From: a plasmid
Direction: 5' to 3' (one strand)
Length of the DNA: 64,000 bases
Sequence record: NZ_CP019224.1
A program made the position numbers and the translations under genes. The notes beneath the pieces are model-generated. The model ran no database searches. It worked only from the letters and a program-made list of their open reading frames with translations, and was not told the DNA's origin. Of the stretch, positions 17,057-25,866 are shown piece after piece (within the stretch, counting starts at the first letter, position 1; each line of letters begins with the position of its first letter).

Positions 17057-17350
17057 ATGGTCCACCGATTCGTGATCCGCCGTCTGGGCTCGTTGCCTTG
17101 GCCTTCGGGCCTGGGCAAGAACGCAGGCCCGAACCATCCGTACAAGCAGCTCGAGCGCCAGCTGCGTGCCTACCTCGGCGACGACCGCCATTTCAGCGCC
17201 GCGGCCCACAAACGCGCCTACCTGACCGACGATCCTGAGTATCGACGGATCGTCTTGTACGCGCTCACTCAGACGTCGTGGAGCTCAGGCCTGCTCGATG
17301 ACGTGGAGGCCGCCACCGACCTGTCCCGATCAGCGCCCCTGCTTCAATGA
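17057..17350 (+). CDS. hypothetical protein (97 aa)
   Basis: ATG 17057 gives MVHRFVIRRLGSLPWPSGLGKNAG.... No motif. Confidence 0.35.
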   Translation: MVHRFVIRRLGSLPWPSGLGKNAGPNHPYKQLERQLRAYLGDDRHFSAAAHKRAYLTDDPEYRRIVLYALTQTSWSSGLLDDVEAATDLSRSAPLLQ

Positions 17351-17564
17351 GCCGCTGGCCTTCGATTCTGAGTGGGACGACTGGGCGCGGCCTCACTGCG
17401 GCGACGTCGGTCTCTCGCGTGCCTGGCTGGCAAGCCCGCTGCGCATCGCAGGCCAGGCGATCGTGGACGGCCGGCATCGCCTCACATACTTGCGATTTCA
17501 CCGCCCGCCCGAGTACGAGATCTTGGTACGCGTGGACACCTAGACCAGTCGAGTTTCAAGCTGG

Positions 17565-17822
17565 TCAGTAGTGGTATCGGGCTTTGAGGATCTTGATTTC
17601 GTGATCATCTGCGCGGTAGACGATCCGGTGTTCGTCGTCGATGCGCCGCGACCAGTACCCGGATAGTTCACCCTTGAGCGGTTCTGGTTTTCCAATCCCA
17701 GCAAACGGGTTGCGCTGGATTTCTGCGATGAGTCTGGTGATGCGCCGTGCTGTTTTGCGGTCGGAAGCCAGCCAAAATAGAAAGTCCTCCCACGCGGCGG
17801 GATCGAAGTTGATGCTTCTCAC
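17565..17822 (-). CDS. yoeB: YoeB/Txe-family type II toxin (85 aa)
   Basis: [67 protein letters not shown] is a classic YoeB. GTG start overlaps the yefM stop in GTGA. Confidence 0.8.
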   Translation of the reverse strand: MRSINFDPAAWEDFLFWLASDRKTARRITRLIAEIQRNPFAGIGKPEPLKGELSGYWSRRIDDEHRIVYRADDHEIKILKARYHY

Positions 17823-18103
17823 TCCTGGCCGCCGGCCATCTCCTCGAGTTCGTCGATCGACTTGGTGTAGCTGCCGGGGGTGGGCCGGGTGGCGTTGTCT
17901 CGGGCGACGGCCTCCATGAGTCGGCGGGCATTCTCGGGGGAACGCAGGAGGTAGACCGTTTCTTGCCACGAATCGTAGTCAGCGGCCGACATGAGCACTG
18001 CATCTCCGGCCTTGGACGTAATTCGCACAGGCTCGTGGTCGGTGTTGACTTGTTCAAGCAGCGGAAAGAGGCGCTGCCGGGCCTCACTTGCACTGATAGC
18101 CAT
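17819..18103 (-). CDS. yefM: YefM/Phd-family antitoxin (94 aa)
   Basis: [53 protein letters not shown]. Confidence 0.8.
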   Translation of the reverse strand: MAISASEARQRLFPLLEQVNTDHEPVRITSKAGDAVLMSAADYDSWQETVYLLRSPENARRLMEAVARDNATRPTPGSYTKSIDELEEMAGGQE

Positions 18104-18184
18104 GACCTCGGCCCTTCCAACCGTACCAATACCCAGTACCGTTATTGTACGGCATTATCGTACGGCGTTTGGGGTTCGTGTGCC

Positions 18185-18946
18185 TCAGGGCGAGGTCTTC
18201 TTGAGAGGCGGAAGAAAGACGTCCAAGGCAGCAGCGACCATTTCAGACCTGTTGGTTTCGCGTGTTCCGGGGCGCTGTTTGGCGATGCGAGCGCTGGCCC
18301 AGTCGGTAAGGGTCTTCATGACTGCAAGTTCGCCTTTGGTCGGGCGGATGCGTACCGGGAGGGGTGTGTCCTGGGACGTGCGGCCCGGGGCTTCACGGAA
18401 GGGGAAGAGGTCGCCGGGTTTTGGGCCGGGTCGGCGGTTGAGGATGAGCGTTGGAAGTTCCTGGGCATGTGCGCGGAGCGCATCGAGCACGAGGGCTGTG
18501 TGACTGGGGGCGTGGGCGCGGGCGCGTTCGAACCGTTTGACGATCGAGGCCGGGATGCTCAGGACAGTCGGCGAAACGATGTGGGCGGTGGGGTCGTCAG
18601 GATCGATGTCCAGTGTTGGCATCGCGCCGGGGTCACTGTCAGCCTTGTCGTGCGAGACATCTTCGATGGCGTCGTTTTCTGCCGTGGCGCGGTCGTGTGA
18701 TTCGGCCGCCGGCTGGGATTCTGCTGGCGCTGTGGCTTGCGGCTCGGCTGGGGGCGGTGAGGGCGTTGGTGCAGGCGGAGTCGCCGCCGTGGTGGTGGTG
18801 GTGTCGCTACGGCCGTCCTGGGCGGTGAGTGGTTGATCGAGCGCTTCGGCCGCCCCGAGCTTGGGGTGGCGCGGCTGGGGGGCTTGGCGGGTGCGGCGAG
18901 CGCGACGCTCGTGGAGTTGATGGATACCGCCGAGGTTGTCGCTCAT
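18185..18946 (-). CDS. ParA-partner protein, putative centromere-binding/adaptor (253 aa)
   Basis: ATG 18946 is 2 nt after the parA stop. It has an acidic/Pro-Thr-rich linker and a conserved C-terminal domain. No ParB box. Confidence 0.45.
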   Translation of the reverse strand: MSDNLGGIHQLHERRARRTRQAPQPRHPKLGAAEALDQPLTAQDGRSDTTTTTAATPPAPTPSPPPAEPQATAPAESQPAAESHDRATAENDAIEDVSHDKADSDPGAMPTLDIDPDDPTAHIVSPTVLSIPASIVKRFERARAHAPSHTALVLDALRAHAQELPTLILNRRPGPKPGDLFPFREAPGRTSQDTPLPVRIRPTKGELAVMKTLTDWASARIAKQRPGTRETNRSEMVAAALDVFLPPLKKTSP

Positions 18947-18948
18947 GG

Positions 18949-19782
18949 TCAGCCTTGGGCTTTCTGGGTGTAGGTGATTACCGCCCGGGCGACGTCGGTG
19001 ATCTCGTCGACGAATTGGCGGTTCTTGGCGGGCACGGGAGTGCGCGCTGCGACGGCCATACGTAGGGATCGGCGGCTGAGCCAGCCGTATTTGCCGATTG
19101 ATGGGCCTACGGGGACGTTGTAGGTCTCGCTGATGCGTTGTAGCCAGTCGACCATCTTGCGCGGAGCTGCGTCGACCATGTTGGGGATGATGAGCAGCGG
19201 GAAGGCGCGAAGTTCGTCGGCCATGCCTTCGAGGGCTTCCAGAGGCCGGGTTTCCAGGACGATCGGTACAACGATGACGTTGGCGGCAGCGATGGCTCCG
19301 GAGGCGCTGGGGTTGGCGTCGTCTCCCCCACCAGGGTGGGTATCGATGACGAGGGGTCGGCGCCATTCGGCGGACCATTTCTCAAGCTGGGTCGTGACGT
19401 GGTCTTGCGGGGGCTGGTTATTGCCCCAGTCGGGGTGGGATGGGACCAGATCAGCGCGGAAAGGGCCTCCGGTGAGCGGGCGGGGTGTTCGGCTGTTTTC
19501 CATGGCATCAAGCAGCGGCGCATTGGTGCGGGTTTCGTAGCGGTATCCCCAAGCACGGGAGGCGCCGCCGCGGTCCCAGTCGAAGTCGATGAGGATGCCG
19601 GCGAGCAGCCAGGCCAGCTCTTTGGCGATTTCGGTTTTACCCACTCCCCCTTTGTGCGCTGCGACCGCCACTATGAGGTCTTGCAAGGTCGCGAGGAGTT
19701 GCGGGTCCGGGTCACTGACAGCGAGGCGCCGGGCTGCCTCAAGGGTTGATGGATTAGACAAGGGAAACCTTCTCTCCTTCAC
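18949..19782 (-). CDS. parA: ParA/Soj-family partition ATPase
   Basis: Deviant Walker A VAVAAHKGGVGKTEIAKELAWLLA. Confidence 0.8.
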   Translation of the reverse strand: MKERRFPLSNPSTLEAARRLAVSDPDPQLLATLQDLIVAVAAHKGGVGKTEIAKELAWLLAGILIDFDWDRGGASRAWGYRYETRTNAPLLDAMENSRTPRPLTGGPFRADLVPSHPDWGNNQPPQDHVTTQLEKWSAEWRRPLVIDTHPGGGDDANPSASGAIAAANVIVVPIVLETRPLEALEGMADELRAFPLLIIPNMVDAAPRKMVDWLQRISETYNVPVGPSIGKYGWLSRRSLRMAVAARTPVPAKNRQFVDEITDVARAVITYTQKAQG

Positions 19783-19861
19783 AGGGGGGCCCTACCTGGG
19801 GGGGTCGTGCCGAGAAGCGGGGCCCGAAAAGGGGCCCTCCGCCCGCTACGTCCAACTCCCC

Positions 19862-19901
19862 CGCGTGCAGCTACGCGAAGCATAGCGCGTAGCTGCACGC
19901 G
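19862..19901. promoter_or_regulatory. perfect 16-bp inverted repeat CGCGTGCAGCTACGCG-(8 nt)-CGCGTAGCTGCACGCG upstream of parA
   Basis: Seen directly in the sequence. Probable ParA autoregulatory operator or centromere-like site. Confidence 0.55.
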
Positions 19902-20122
19902 CGCGCTACTGCACACGCTGCGGCGTGTCAGGATGCGTGAGGTAACGCGTGCGATGGGCCGCACCATCTGCCGTTGTCTATCCCGTGGCGCAATGCGTGT
20001 GCTGTTGTCTGCAATAAGTCACGCATGATCGCGTGCACTGATTCTCGCGTTATGTGCCATGATACCGCGCGCCCTGTCGTGCGCGACCCCTCTTGCGGTA
20101 CCTCGTACGATAGTACGACCGC

Positions 20123-20192
20123 TATCTCACGCACTATCGCACGCGATATGTCAGCTGTGCTCGCACGGGATGTCTCGCGGATTGTCTTGCGC
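20123..20192. repeat. degenerate tandem 12-bp repeats, about 6 units (TATCTCACGCAC / TATCGCACGCGA / TGTCTCGCGGAT ...)
   Basis: Periodic repeats in a 450-bp non-coding region between parA and the membrane-protein gene. Putative iterons or a centromere. Confidence 0.6.
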
Positions 20193-20334
20193 CACAGTTC
20201 GGGGTGCGCAGCGAAGGGCCCCAAATTGCATCGCCGCGAGCAGCGCGTAAGCGCTTTGGGGCCGGTAGGTTTCCCTGTGGAGCGTTTCTTGATCATTTAC
20301 CAGCTTAACGGCGCGGAGGGGGGGATATACCGAG

Positions 20335-21228
20335 GTGACGACCGTTGAAGCCCGCCGCAATGGCGCAGTGATCCCGGGCGACCGTGACCTCGAGACGAGC
20401 ACGGTCGGCAGTCCGATCGAACCGCGGCAACCAACCGGCAGTGGTGAGCTCCATACGGAATCGCGGTCGCCTATGCCTGCCTCCCGGAGGCGCGAAGAGG
20501 CGCACGACGACGCCGAGCGGACCTTGCGCCTCGTGATCCGAAGCCGCACCGCATCCGTGTGGCTCACGGTGTTTATCGCGACCATCAGCTTCGTCTTGTC
20601 GTTCAATTCGCTGCGAAGTCTTGCCGCGATGACGGCGTGGCCGGGCTGGCCGTCGTGGTTGTCGCCGCTGCTTGTTGACGGTGTGATCATTCTCGCGACC
20701 CTGGTAATCGTGTCGTTGGCGCCGTATCGCGCGCAGTTCTGGAACCGGGTTTTTCTGTGGACAGTGTTAGGTGTTGGGGCGTTGGTGAGTGTCGGCGGTA
20801 ATGGCTTGCACGCGTGGCTATCTACCGGGCATCTGGTGTCGTGGATGCGGTGGGGGTCAGCAGGGTTGGCGTGCGTCCCGCCGGTGGCGCTATTGGCGAC
20901 CACGCACATTCTGGGGATCTTGTGGCGGTTTGATCCGGTGCCACCGCCGGATGCGCGCTCGCAGGTGCGTGACCGGGCGCTGGAGCTGGCCGCGCAGCGA
21001 ATGGACCGGTGGGAGGCAGCGGCGGCCAAGCTGCACGAAGAGGGGTACTGCCCGAGTGTGCCTACCGACAAGATGGTGCAGGTGCTGCGGTACTTGTATG
21101 AGTCTCGGCCAGCGCTCTCTCTGCGCGCGATCGGGGCGAAGCCGGAGGTCGGGCTGCACCACGACACGGTGGGAAAGATTCGCGACGCTGCCGGTGCGGC
21201 GCTGGGCATGGCGACCGGCGAGGTGTAA
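20335..21228 (+). CDS. integral membrane protein (4 TM), plasmid-associated type (DUF2637-like)
   Basis: TM helices WLTVFIATISFVLSF, LLVDGVIILATLVIVSLA, VFLWTVLGVGALVSVGG, and LACVPPVALLATTHILGILW. Confidence 0.55.
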   Translation: MTTVEARRNGAVIPGDRDLETSTVGSPIEPRQPTGSGELHTESRSPMPASRRREEAHDDAERTLRLVIRSRTASVWLTVFIATISFVLSFNSLRSLAAMTAWPGWPSWLSPLLVDGVIILATLVIVSLAPYRAQFWNRVFLWTVLGVGALVSVGGNGLHAWLSTGHLVSWMRWGSAGLACVPPVALLATTHILGILWRFDPVPPPDARSQVRDRALELAAQRMDRWEAAAAKLHEEGYCPSVPTDKMVQVLRYLYESRPALSLRAIGAKPEVGLHHDTVGKIRDAAGAALGMATGEV

Positions 21229-21278
21229 GTCCGCACCTCAAACAGGGAAATTCCACGTTCGCAAGCTGGATGCCGCTA

Positions 21279-21326
21279 TGTCGTGCGCTATCTGCTGCGT
21301 TATCTCATGGAATATCTCACGCGCTT
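21279..21326. repeat. tandem 12-bp repeats, 4 units (TGTCGTGCGC / TATCTGCTGCGT / TATCTCATGGAA / TATCTCACGCGC)
   Basis: Same motif family as 20123-20192 and 25770-25815. Confidence 0.6.
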
Positions 21327-21449
21327 GCTGACCGGTCGGGGATGGGCGGCGAATCGATCCAAATCGGTGGGGCGCGACCGTCGCATAGTGCCGGCAGGCG
21401 GCGGTAGCGTTTTGCCCAACGACCTGCACTTAGAGGGGATTCGGCCGCG

Positions 21450-22970
21450 ATGGGCTTATTTGACGTCTTCGATGACCTGTTGGATGACCTGACGGGCATA
21501 TTCGACGGGGATGATGATGGCGGGGACGGCGGCGATGATGGGCCACCCGAGCAGTGGGGGCCGGGTCCGCTGCCCAACGCAGGCCCGCCGTGGGGGCCGG
21601 CGCCGCAAGTTCCCAACGGCCCCAGTGGTTTACAGCAGGGCGTCGATCAGGCCGGAACCACCTATCAGCAGGCGAGCGGGGCGGTGAATCAGACGGATGA
21701 CAAGCTATCTGACCTGCTGAAACAGATCTTCGCCGCCAATGATGCGGCCCGGTCGAAAATTAGTGGGATCGTGGGCAACATTGAGACAGCGCGCCGCGCG
21801 CTGGCGGCGAACCCACAGATGGCCAATGATCCGCACGCGATGGCGTTGTTCAACCAATTCTTGGATGGTCAGCTGGCCGAGATTCAACAGGTTCTGGACA
21901 GCTCGAAGGTCGATAGCAAAAAACAGGCTGAGTTGCTGGCCGCCCTGGGTGATGAGTACCGCGGTACCGCGGGTGGGGATCATCCGAAGAAAAAGGGCGC
22001 AGGTGGGGCGAACGGCGGCGGCGGTGATGGCGGCAACGGTGACACGGGCGGTAACACCACTGACGGCGGCGGTGGCGGTGGTGATGGCGGCAGCGGTGGT
22101 GGTGATGGCGGGGGCGCCGGTGGGGGCGGAACCCCTACGGGCAGTGGGGGATTGACCGACCCGTTGGCGGGCTTGGGGGGAGCGGGCATGGGTGATCCGC
22201 TGTCGATGTTGGGTCCTGCGATGGCGGGTCTGGGTTCGATTCCGGGCGCCTTGGGTGGGGCGGCAGGCTCACTGCCGATGGACGCCCTGGGCGGCCTGGG
22301 CGGCCTGAGTGGGCTTGCCGGTCAGGGCGGTGGAGACGGGTTTAAAGACACCGGCGCTCACGATCACGGCAAGTCCGACGATTTCGAAGACGGCCCGCAC
22401 GGCAAGGGTGACAGTGATGGCGGGAAAAACAATGACGGGGCGGCTGGTAAGGACGACACCGGCAGCAAGAACGGGCAGACTCAGCCCGCGGGGACGACGC
22501 AGCCTGCGCCGAGCACCCAGCCTGCCCCGCCGGCCGCGGTCCCGGCCAGTGCGGGTGGTGACCCAAGCCAGGTGGTGCAGATGCCGGACGGTTCTCCGGT
22601 GACGGCAACAACGGCCCAACACGCCGCGGCGGTGCGTGGGGTCCTCAACGGGCAGACCGTCACTGATGCCTGGAAGCAGGCTCATGTGGAGCTGCCGCCT
22701 CCAGGTACACCGGTGACCGCTCCGGCCGACCCGAGTCATTTGGTGCCCGGTGAAATCGCGCAATTTAAGAGTCGTGACCCGGTGATGTACATGGGTAATG
22801 GCAAAATCTGGCTGGATGGGCAGCTACAACCACAAAGTGCCCTGCCGACAGGTGATTTTTCGGGCTGGATCGACCCACCTGGGCTGGCGGGTACTCCCGC
22901 TGCGCCGCCTGCGCCGGGCAGCCCTGCTCCGGCGGGCCAGCCGACGACAACGAATACCAGCGGTACCTAA
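21450..22970 (+). CDS. Asp/Gly-rich protein with N-terminal helical (DUF4226-like) domain (506 aa); possible ESX-associated secreted protein
   Basis: MGLFDVFDDLLDDLTGIFDGDDDGGDGG..., then a helical region YQQASGAVNQTDDKLSDLLKQIFAANDAARSK... resembling the N-domains of 45863/46901/48090, then Gly-rich and Pro/Thr-rich regions. Confidence 0.55.
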   Translation: MGLFDVFDDLLDDLTGIFDGDDDGGDGGDDGPPEQWGPGPLPNAGPPWGPAPQVPNGPSGLQQGVDQAGTTYQQASGAVNQTDDKLSDLLKQIFAANDAARSKISGIVGNIETARRALAANPQMANDPHAMALFNQFLDGQLAEIQQVLDSSKVDSKKQAELLAALGDEYRGTAGGDHPKKKGAGGANGGGGDGGNGDTGGNTTDGGGGGGDGGSGGGDGGGAGGGGTPTGSGGLTDPLAGLGGAGMGDPLSMLGPAMAGLGSIPGALGGAAGSLPMDALGGLGGLSGLAGQGGGDGFKDTGAHDHGKSDDFEDGPHGKGDSDGGKNNDGAAGKDDTGSKNGQTQPAGTTQPAPSTQPAPPAAVPASAGGDPSQVVQMPDGSPVTATTAQHAAAVRGVLNGQTVTDAWKQAHVELPPPGTPVTAPADPSHLVPGEIAQFKSRDPVMYMGNGKIWLDGQLQPQSALPTGDFSGWIDPPGLAGTPAAPPAPGSPAPAGQPTTTNTSGT

Positions 22971-23312
22971 ATGTGGGGCCTTGATGCGGGAGTCGCGGTG
23001 ACCGACGAACAGCTGCCAGAGGAAGGTGCCATTCCCACTGTCGCGGAGTGGTCGGCCGACGGCGCCTTGATGGTCGCGGTCGACTGGCAAGGGGAGGGGC
23101 TGCAGGTCCAGCTCGAACCCGAGGTCACCCGGTCGTGGACCGCAGAGATACTGGCGGATCGGATTATGCGTCTGCACCGGTTGGCGTTGATGCGGGCCCG
23201 CGCCGAACAGCGCCAGCGTGTCATCGAGGAATACGGCACAGCGCTGCCGACGACCCCGGGGTGGCCCAGTTTGACCGACGTCGACGAATACCGGCACACG
23301 ATCGATTTTTAG
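22971..23312 (+). CDS. hypothetical protein (113 aa)
   Basis: ATG overlaps the upstream stop in TAAATG. No motif. Confidence 0.4.
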   Translation: MWGLDAGVAVTDEQLPEEGAIPTVAEWSADGALMVAVDWQGEGLQVQLEPEVTRSWTAEILADRIMRLHRLALMRARAEQRQRVIEEYGTALPTTPGWPSLTDVDEYRHTIDF

Positions 23313-23387
23313 CCAGCGCCGACCGATGCGTAGCCCGCTAAGTCGTTGTTAGGCTTAGCAAACAGCCAGTTCAATGGGAGGTATGCG

Positions 23388-23693
23388 GTGGCCGGCAATA
23401 GTGCGACGCTGGATTTCGACGAGTGGCATCAGCACGCGCAATGGTGGGATCAAGAGGGTCCGCGGGTGCGTGAGCGCCTCAGCGTCGACCCTGGCACAGC
23501 GCAAAGCGTGGGACAACGCTTCGGCGACATCGGATGGGAAGTGCGTCAGGCGTTGAACGAGACGCTGCAGGCACGTGCTGAGGCCGGTCAGGCGCTGGGA
23601 CAATACTGCGAGGGTGTGGCTGGCCATATTCGGTCCAGCCTGGCCTCCTACCAGCAGACCGAAGCCGACAACCAGCAAACCCTGCAAACCTAA
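23388..23693 (+). CDS. EspC/EspF-like (DUF2580-type) small ESX-associated protein (101 aa)
   Basis: GTG 23388 with RBS GGGAGG 6 nt upstream. Pattern GQYCEGVAGHIRSSLASYQQTEADNQ resembles EspC GPYCSQFNDTLN...KIYSEADEA. Recalled from memory. Confidence 0.4.
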   Translation: MAGNSATLDFDEWHQHAQWWDQEGPRVRERLSVDPGTAQSVGQRFGDIGWEVRQALNETLQARAEAGQALGQYCEGVAGHIRSSLASYQQTEADNQQTLQT

Positions 23694-23709
23694 CCATAGG
23701 GCTTGCGCG

Positions 23710-25416
23710 GTGGCGGATTCAGTACGGGTTGACACCGACGTTGTCCGCTCGGCGGGCCGTCAGGCCGACGCGGCGGGCGGGACCGCAACGCCCGGTTCGG
23801 GTCAGGTGCAGCCAAGCGCCGCGGACATGGTGTCGGTGGGCGCGAGCACCCGTTTCACCGCACAGGTGAGCTTGGCTCGCAAATACACCACGATGGCCAA
23901 CACGATGGCGCGCCAGTTCGGGGTGAAACTCGATGCCAGCGCCGGCGCTTACGACGAGCAGGAAGTGCAGTCCGCAGGGACGTTGGGCAGCGCGGGATCG
24001 GGTGGGGCTGTGCGGGCGGTGTCGGCTACGCGGTCCCTACCGGCCGCGCCTGTGGTGCCCGCGGATCTCGTGTCAGGCGGGGCAGGTGGCGGTCTGCCCG
24101 CCGGTGAAGTCCCCACCAGCCCGCGTGACATCGCCAGGTTGATTGAGACCGGCCGGGCCGGCACGGGCAAGCAGACCTGGCAGGCCATGGAAACCAGCCT
24201 GCGCGGCGAAGCCAAACAACTGCGTGAGGCTGCCGATCAACTGGGCACCGCGATCAGCACGGCCGGTGATGGATGGCAAGCAAAATCCGCCGATGCAGCC
24301 ACGACCAAGATGCGGGCACTTCAGACCTGGTATGAAGGCCATGCCCACTATGTCGACGGCCTGGCTGAGCAGGCCAAAGCCCACATTCAGAACTTCTCCA
24401 AAGTCGTCACTGATGTCCCGCCGTATCGCCACGTGCTGGACGCCGAGCGGGAGCTCAAAGCCGCGTTGCAGTCCAATGCCCGCGCCGGCGGCGCCCACCG
24501 GGTGGCCGTGGTCAATGCGCAAGTGAAGGTCAGCAAGCTCTACTCGGCCTCGACGGCCGGGTTCACCACGTACACGTTCTCCGAAGCGGCGCCACGACAG
24601 CCCGACGTACCCAAGCCGCCGCCGGGCCCAAGCCCAGATGTTGCGCCGGTTACCCCGCCGACCGGAGCCGGTGACGGCCCGGTGGGACCACGACAACCAC
24701 AGCATTCACCCAAGAGCGCACCGGTGGACCCGGTGCAGGGAGGTCCTGGTCTAGGAGAGAACCTGACACCGGGGCCGACATGGCCGCCCGGCGCCCCCGA
24801 CCCGGCGGCCCCCGCGGACCCACTGACCGATGCCCTACCGGCGACGGCAAGCTCACTGCCTTCGGAAGTCATCCCGGGAATCATGGGCGGCGTCGTCGGC
24901 GGCCTAGGTGGGGTTCTGGGCGGCCTGACCGGCGCGGGCCAAAAGGCACTACAGGGCTTAGAACAGGCGGCCGGGCCGGCGATGAGCGGTTTGGGCCAGC
25001 ATCCCGGCGGCGGTGAACCGCAGCACGGCGGCGACCAATCCCCCCAGTCACCGGAGCCTCCCTCGGCCGGCGATCTGTCACCACCCGATGATCTGGGCGC
25101 CGGCGGGGGTGGGGGTGACACCGAGCCCGCGGGCGGGGAGAGCCCTATGGCCGCACCCCCCGAAGTCGCTGCACCGGCGGCGGCCGCGCCGGCGTCGGCA
25201 CCCTCGGCGCCGGCGGCAGCCGAAGCACCGGCCCCGGCGATGGGCGCCATGGGCCCGATGATGCCACCCATGCGCGGCGGCGGTGAGGGATCGGGCCCGG
25301 ACAACAAGCAGCTCTACCAGGAGCGCAAGCTGAAAGTGGTGGCGCCGCCCAACAGCGAGCCGGTCAAAAACCGTCGAGAAGGCCGCGCCAGACCCGATGA
25401 TCGGAAGAAGCAGTGA
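23710..25416 (+). CDS. EspB-like T7SS substrate: PE/PPE-like helical N-terminus, then a Pro/Ala/Gly-rich C-terminal half
   Basis: PE-like segment AADMVSVGASTRFTAQVS...AGAYDEQE (YxxxE), PPE-like W-x-A/S GDGWQAKSADAA, and a long low-complexity tail. The GTG 23710 start is uncertain; the ORF track starts at 23575. Confidence 0.5.
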   Translation: MADSVRVDTDVVRSAGRQADAAGGTATPGSGQVQPSAADMVSVGASTRFTAQVSLARKYTTMANTMARQFGVKLDASAGAYDEQEVQSAGTLGSAGSGGAVRAVSATRSLPAAPVVPADLVSGGAGGGLPAGEVPTSPRDIARLIETGRAGTGKQTWQAMETSLRGEAKQLREAADQLGTAISTAGDGWQAKSADAATTKMRALQTWYEGHAHYVDGLAEQAKAHIQNFSKVVTDVPPYRHVLDAERELKAALQSNARAGGAHRVAVVNAQVKVSKLYSASTAGFTTYTFSEAAPRQPDVPKPPPGPSPDVAPVTPPTGAGDGPVGPRQPQHSPKSAPVDPVQGGPGLGENLTPGPTWPPGAPDPAAPADPLTDALPATASSLPSEVIPGIMGGVVGGLGGVLGGLTGAGQKALQGLEQAAGPAMSGLGQHPGGGEPQHGGDQSPQSPEPPSAGDLSPPDDLGAGGGGGDTEPAGGESPMAAPPEVAAPAAAAPASAPSAPAAAEAPAPAMGAMGPMMPPMRGGGEGSGPDNKQLYQERKLKVVAPPNSEPVKNRREGRARPDDRKKQ

Positions 25417-25754
25417 GCACCCCTCAGGAAAGAATCGCCGACGTCGACCAGGGGCTTCGCGTCACGCGAGCGTTGCTGGCCGAACTCAACGCTGCCGCCC
25501 ACAACATGCGCGAACGCGACCCGATCAGCGACGTGGTGATAGCGTCCTTCGACTCCGACGGGTATCTGAGCGACCTTTTCATCAAACCGACCGCACTGGC
25601 CGATTACACCCACACCGGGCTGGAAGATCTGATCACCGACGTGCTACGCGAAAGCTTCGATCGTTTATTCGAGGCCAGTAATGCAATCATCGACCGGTAC
25701 TGGGGCCCGGAATCATCCTGGCACGAGCTCAAGGCACTGCGCGACGACTGGTAG
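25413..25754 (+). CDS. EspL/YbaB-like small protein (113 aa)
   Basis: Start overlaps the upstream stop (ATGA). Size and position just downstream of an EspB-like gene match the espB-espL order of ESX-1. Confidence 0.4.
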   Translation: MSTPQERIADVDQGLRVTRALLAELNAAAHNMRERDPISDVVIASFDSDGYLSDLFIKPTALADYTHTGLEDLITDVLRESFDRLFEASNAIIDRYWGPESSWHELKALRDDW

Positions 25755-25769
25755 CCCACCACTCGGCGC

Positions 25770-25815
25770 GCTATCGCATCAAATATCTCGACGACTATCT
25801 CATCGCATGTCTTGC
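25770..25815. repeat. tandem 12-bp repeats, 4 units (TATCGCATCAAA / TATCTCGACGAC / TATCTCATCGCA / TGTCTTGCCGGT)
   Basis: Third locus of the TATCTCAyGC repeat family. Confidence 0.6.
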
Positions 25816-25866
25816 CGGTGTTCACCGCCGCGACGATGGGGAGGTACGGGCGCGCGTCACCGCAGG

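Noticed and set aside
18185-19378. Full 397-aa ORF 18185-19378 as one protein
   Set aside because: The upstream 144 codons are Arg/Pro-rich and run antisense through parA. The internal ATG at 18946, 2 nt after the parA stop, gives a sensible 253-aa ParA partner.
19928-20296. ORFs in the parA upstream region (19928-20296 minus strand, 19974-20348 plus strand)
   Set aside because: The region is dominated by palindromes and 12-bp tandem repeats. The ORFs are Arg/Cys/Ser-rich and lack RBS. Treated as non-coding regulatory DNA.
23949-25307. Antisense ORFs inside the EspB-like gene (24073-24705, 24540-25307 minus strand)
   Set aside because: Low-complexity Gly/Pro/Arg ORFs mirroring the Pro/Ala-rich sense strand.
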